This document shows, in pieces, positions 60,778-64,000 of a stretch of DNA of 64,000 bases. Below the pieces are notes generated by a model. The model was not told the origin of the DNA and made no database searches. It saw nothing but the letters and a program-made list of their open reading frames with translations. How positions within the stretch are numbered: the stretch's first letter is position 1; every line of letters begins with the position of its first letter. The stretch lies in contig NC_069006.1 of NCBI RefSeq assembly GCF_001194135.2, positions 18,978,538 through 19,042,537 on the forward strand, in the 5' to 3' direction. Origin of the DNA: Octopus bimaculoides. Lineage: Eukaryota. Both the position numbers and the translations under genes were made by a program.

Positions 60778-61320
60778 TACATGCAGAACGGGAGAAAGCA
60801 ATAAGTGGAAAATTTCAGAATATGGATTTTTGTGTATAAATATATAGATATTTATATTAGTAGGTCCAACTTACACAGAGTACAAATAGCAGAAAAAAAT
60901 TAAAGGGGTGGAAGAAAAGTGTTATTAATCCAATAGCTGTTTCTGGGAGTTTCATGATCCATAATCAATGATGGTAGATTTAGTTCATCACAATATGGGG
61001 GCCCTATGGATGCAGTCAGTATAGGGTAAGATGTGACTATGTCATCAGGGTAGAGAAGATCTTACATTTCAGATCTTAATGCAGAGAAGTTGGAAGATGG
61101 ATGTTGTTATACACCATTAGTCACAGTGTGCTTACTCACATCGGTTTAGCTTTTGAATGGTGCCACTCCAGCGGCTAGGTAGGAAGGGGAACATTCCTGA
61201 TGAACAGAATGCTATTACGTCAAAAGGTCACGCATTTGCAGCTGAGTGGACTGGAATAATGTGAAATGAAGTATTTTTGCAATTTTGAGTGCAACACCTT
61301 AATAACTGGACTATATGCTT

Positions 61321-61367
<47 letters not shown>

Positions 61368-61425
61368 TGCACATGCACATTCATGTGTGTGTGCATATAC
61401 ACATGTCTGCATGTGTTTGTGTGCT

Positions 61426-61456
<31 letters not shown>

Positions 61457-61483
61457 TGATAGATACACAGACAGCAGACAGGC

Positions 61484-61520
<37 letters not shown>

Positions 61521-61973
61521 GCTAGATAGATAGATTTAATATAAGACAATTTTAATTATGACCTCTGCAAATTTCATTTTATGAAAACATGCAGCATACT
61601 CCACTTCCTGAAGTATTGAGTACTTTGTTTGGTAACTGCAAGACTTAATGATTATGAACAAACAGAGACACACAAACATACATATATATANNNNNNNNNN
61701 NNNNNNNNNNNNNNNNNNNNNNNNNNNNNNNNNNNNNNNNNNNNNNNNNNNNNNNNNNNNNNNNNNNNNNNNNNNNNNNNNNNNNNNNNNNNNNNNNNNN
61801 NNNNNNNNNNNNNNNNNNNNNNNNNNNNNNNNNNNNNNNNNNNNNNNNNNNNNNNNNNNNNNNNNNNNNNNNNNNNNNNNNNNNNNNNNNNNNNNNNNNN
61901 NNNNNNNNNNNNNNNNNNNNNNNNNNNNNNNNNNNNNNNNNNNNNNNNNNNNNNNNNNNNNNNNNNNNNNNNN

Positions 61974-62012
<39 letters not shown>

Positions 62013-62049
62013 TATACATATACATATATATATATATATTCTTTTACTT

Positions 62050-62425
62050 TTTCTCTTTTACTTGTTTAAGTCATTTGACTGCAGCCATACTGGAGCACTG
62101 CTTTTAGTCGAAGAAATTGACCCCAGGACTTATTCTTTGTAAGCCTAGTACTTATTGTATCGGTCTTTTTTGCTGAATTGTTAAGTTACAGCAACATAAA
62201 CACACTAACATCAGTTGTCAGGCGATGGTGGGGGGGGGGACAAACACAGACATACAAATACATATATATATATGATGACCATCTTTCAGTTTCTGTCTAC
62301 CAAATCACAGCACTTTGATTGGCCTGAGGCTATAGTAGAAGGCACTTACACAAGGTGCTACGCAGTGGGACTGAACCCAGAAGCATGTGGTTGGGAAGCA
62401 AGCTTCTTACCACACAGCCATTCCT
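62050..62425 (-). mobile_element. Family-1 SINE
   Basis: Reverse-complement match to the consensus. Confidence 0.75.
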
Positions 62426-62499
62426 GCACCTACATATATATATATATATGTATATACATATATACATATATATATATATCAATTAGAAAATGGAGGATA

Positions 62500-62530
<31 letters not shown>

Positions 62531-62630
62531 TATTGACAGGAAGGACAACAAAAGAAAGAAGGAGACCTCGATATTATGTAAATAGAGGAATTTATCTGTA
62601 TATATATATATATATACATATATACATATA

Positions 62631-62687
<57 letters not shown>

Positions 62688-62884
62688 ATATATACATATT
62701 GGTACATATATATGTGTAAGTGTGTGTATATATTACCCGCACTCATTTATTACACTCGGTAAAAACACTATTGTAATAGTAATTGGGTATCCCTCCAGCA
62801 GTATATTGGATCGATATTATACCTTAGTGGGTTGGATTCACAACCCCTAACTTTCTTGGAGTATATATATATATATATATATAT

Positions 62885-62928
<44 letters not shown>

Positions 62929-63346
62929 GCAGTGCAATAAATGGACAATCAGATGAACAGGTAGATAGTAGGTAAGGCAAATTGAAACAAACAGTGTTTG
63001 TGTAAACGTATATGAAGGTAGATATACAGATAGATAGACAGAAAAATAGATTAATAAACAGACACAAAGAAACATAAACTTGCTAGCGGGCTAGTTTGGT
63101 AGATAGAAGTATGTAGATAGATATGTAGATAGACAGACGGACTTCCAACAAAATTAAACAGGAAGAAAAGATTAATCATAATATCTTAAGAAATCGTTAG
63201 TTTATGTCGTTATGTGTTAGTGTTAGAAAACTATTAAACTAAACTTACCTGGCTATAGTGAAGTCCTCATATATAATATGTATTTGTGTATCTGTACCTA
63301 CATATATACATACCTACTTGTATTCATGTCTCTTTATATGTGTGTG

Positions 63347-63379
<33 letters not shown>

Positions 63380-63790
63380 TAATATATATANNNNNNNNNN
63401 CTATTAAACTAAACTTACCTGGCTATAGTGAAGTCCTCATATATAATATGTATTTGTGTATCTGTACCTACATATATACATACCTACTTGTATTCATGTC
63501 TCTTTATATGTGTGTGTATATATATATATGTATATATATAGAGAGAGAGAGAGATATGTATTATAATAGGTGTGTATGTACGTCACGGATGCACGTCTTA
63601 GATATTTACTTCCCTCCACCTCTCCCTCTTCTCTCACTCTGTCCTCCTCTCTTTCTCTGTTTTTTTCCCTTGTATATGTGCGTATGTGTGTGACTATAAC
63701 ACATTCTCTGCCTGAACAAAGCAGTGACAGAGAGACAACAGCAGCAGCTGGAGTAGTGGCTATCACATTCACACACACACACTCATGCAT

Positions 63791-63839
<49 letters not shown>

Positions 63840-63961
63840 TCCACAAAAACATATCCGCATACACACACCCCTAACTACCTGAGAGTTGTCTGAAGCAACA
63901 GTTTGTTTTAAGGTGTGTGTGTGTGTATTTATGCTAGATTTTGTCAGTCTTTTTTATGTGC

Positions 63962-64000
<39 letters not shown>

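Noticed and set aside
63231-63531. Exact 131-bp direct repeat (63231-63361 and 63401-63531) containing a strong minus-strand donor
   Set aside because: The copies flank a 10-N placeholder gap, the typical sign of overlapping contig ends rather than a real duplication.

Overview
AT-rich eukaryotic genomic scaffold with 14 N-gaps, very dense (TA)n/(CA)n/(TACA)n/(GAT)n microsatellites, and many tRNA-derived SINEs, MITEs and decayed mariner/LINE/LTR pieces. The repeat landscape looks like a coleoid cephalopod, probably Octopus (inference, not verified). Most of the six-frame ORF track is noise from microsatellites, gaps and SINEs. The real gene content is of two kinds. (1) Two tandem, intact three-exon cassettes on the + strand (1060-1182/1691-1765/3335-3540 and 10597-10698/12968-13042/13848-14053). 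The ORF track misses them because they must be spliced. Each encodes a RHIM-like motif followed by a RIPK1/Imd-type death domain, with all-phase-1 introns and its own stop codon and poly(A) signals. The two are about 54% identical in the last exon, and I found no kinase or start exon between them. (2) A convergent single-coding-exon 648-aa gene on the - strand (23105-25051) with an N-terminal PTB/PID domain and a long Q/N/P/Y-rich tail. The main candidate for an undescribed system is the duplicated, diversifying RHIM-death-domain module: either paralogous Imd-like adaptors or alternative 3' ends of one RIPK1-like gene. Mobile-element points of interest include a CRE-clade LINE fused to a SINE head, a Mag-clade Gypsy remnant inserted at the first cassette's poly(A) site, combinatorial SINE modules and a perfect 99-bp inverted repeat.
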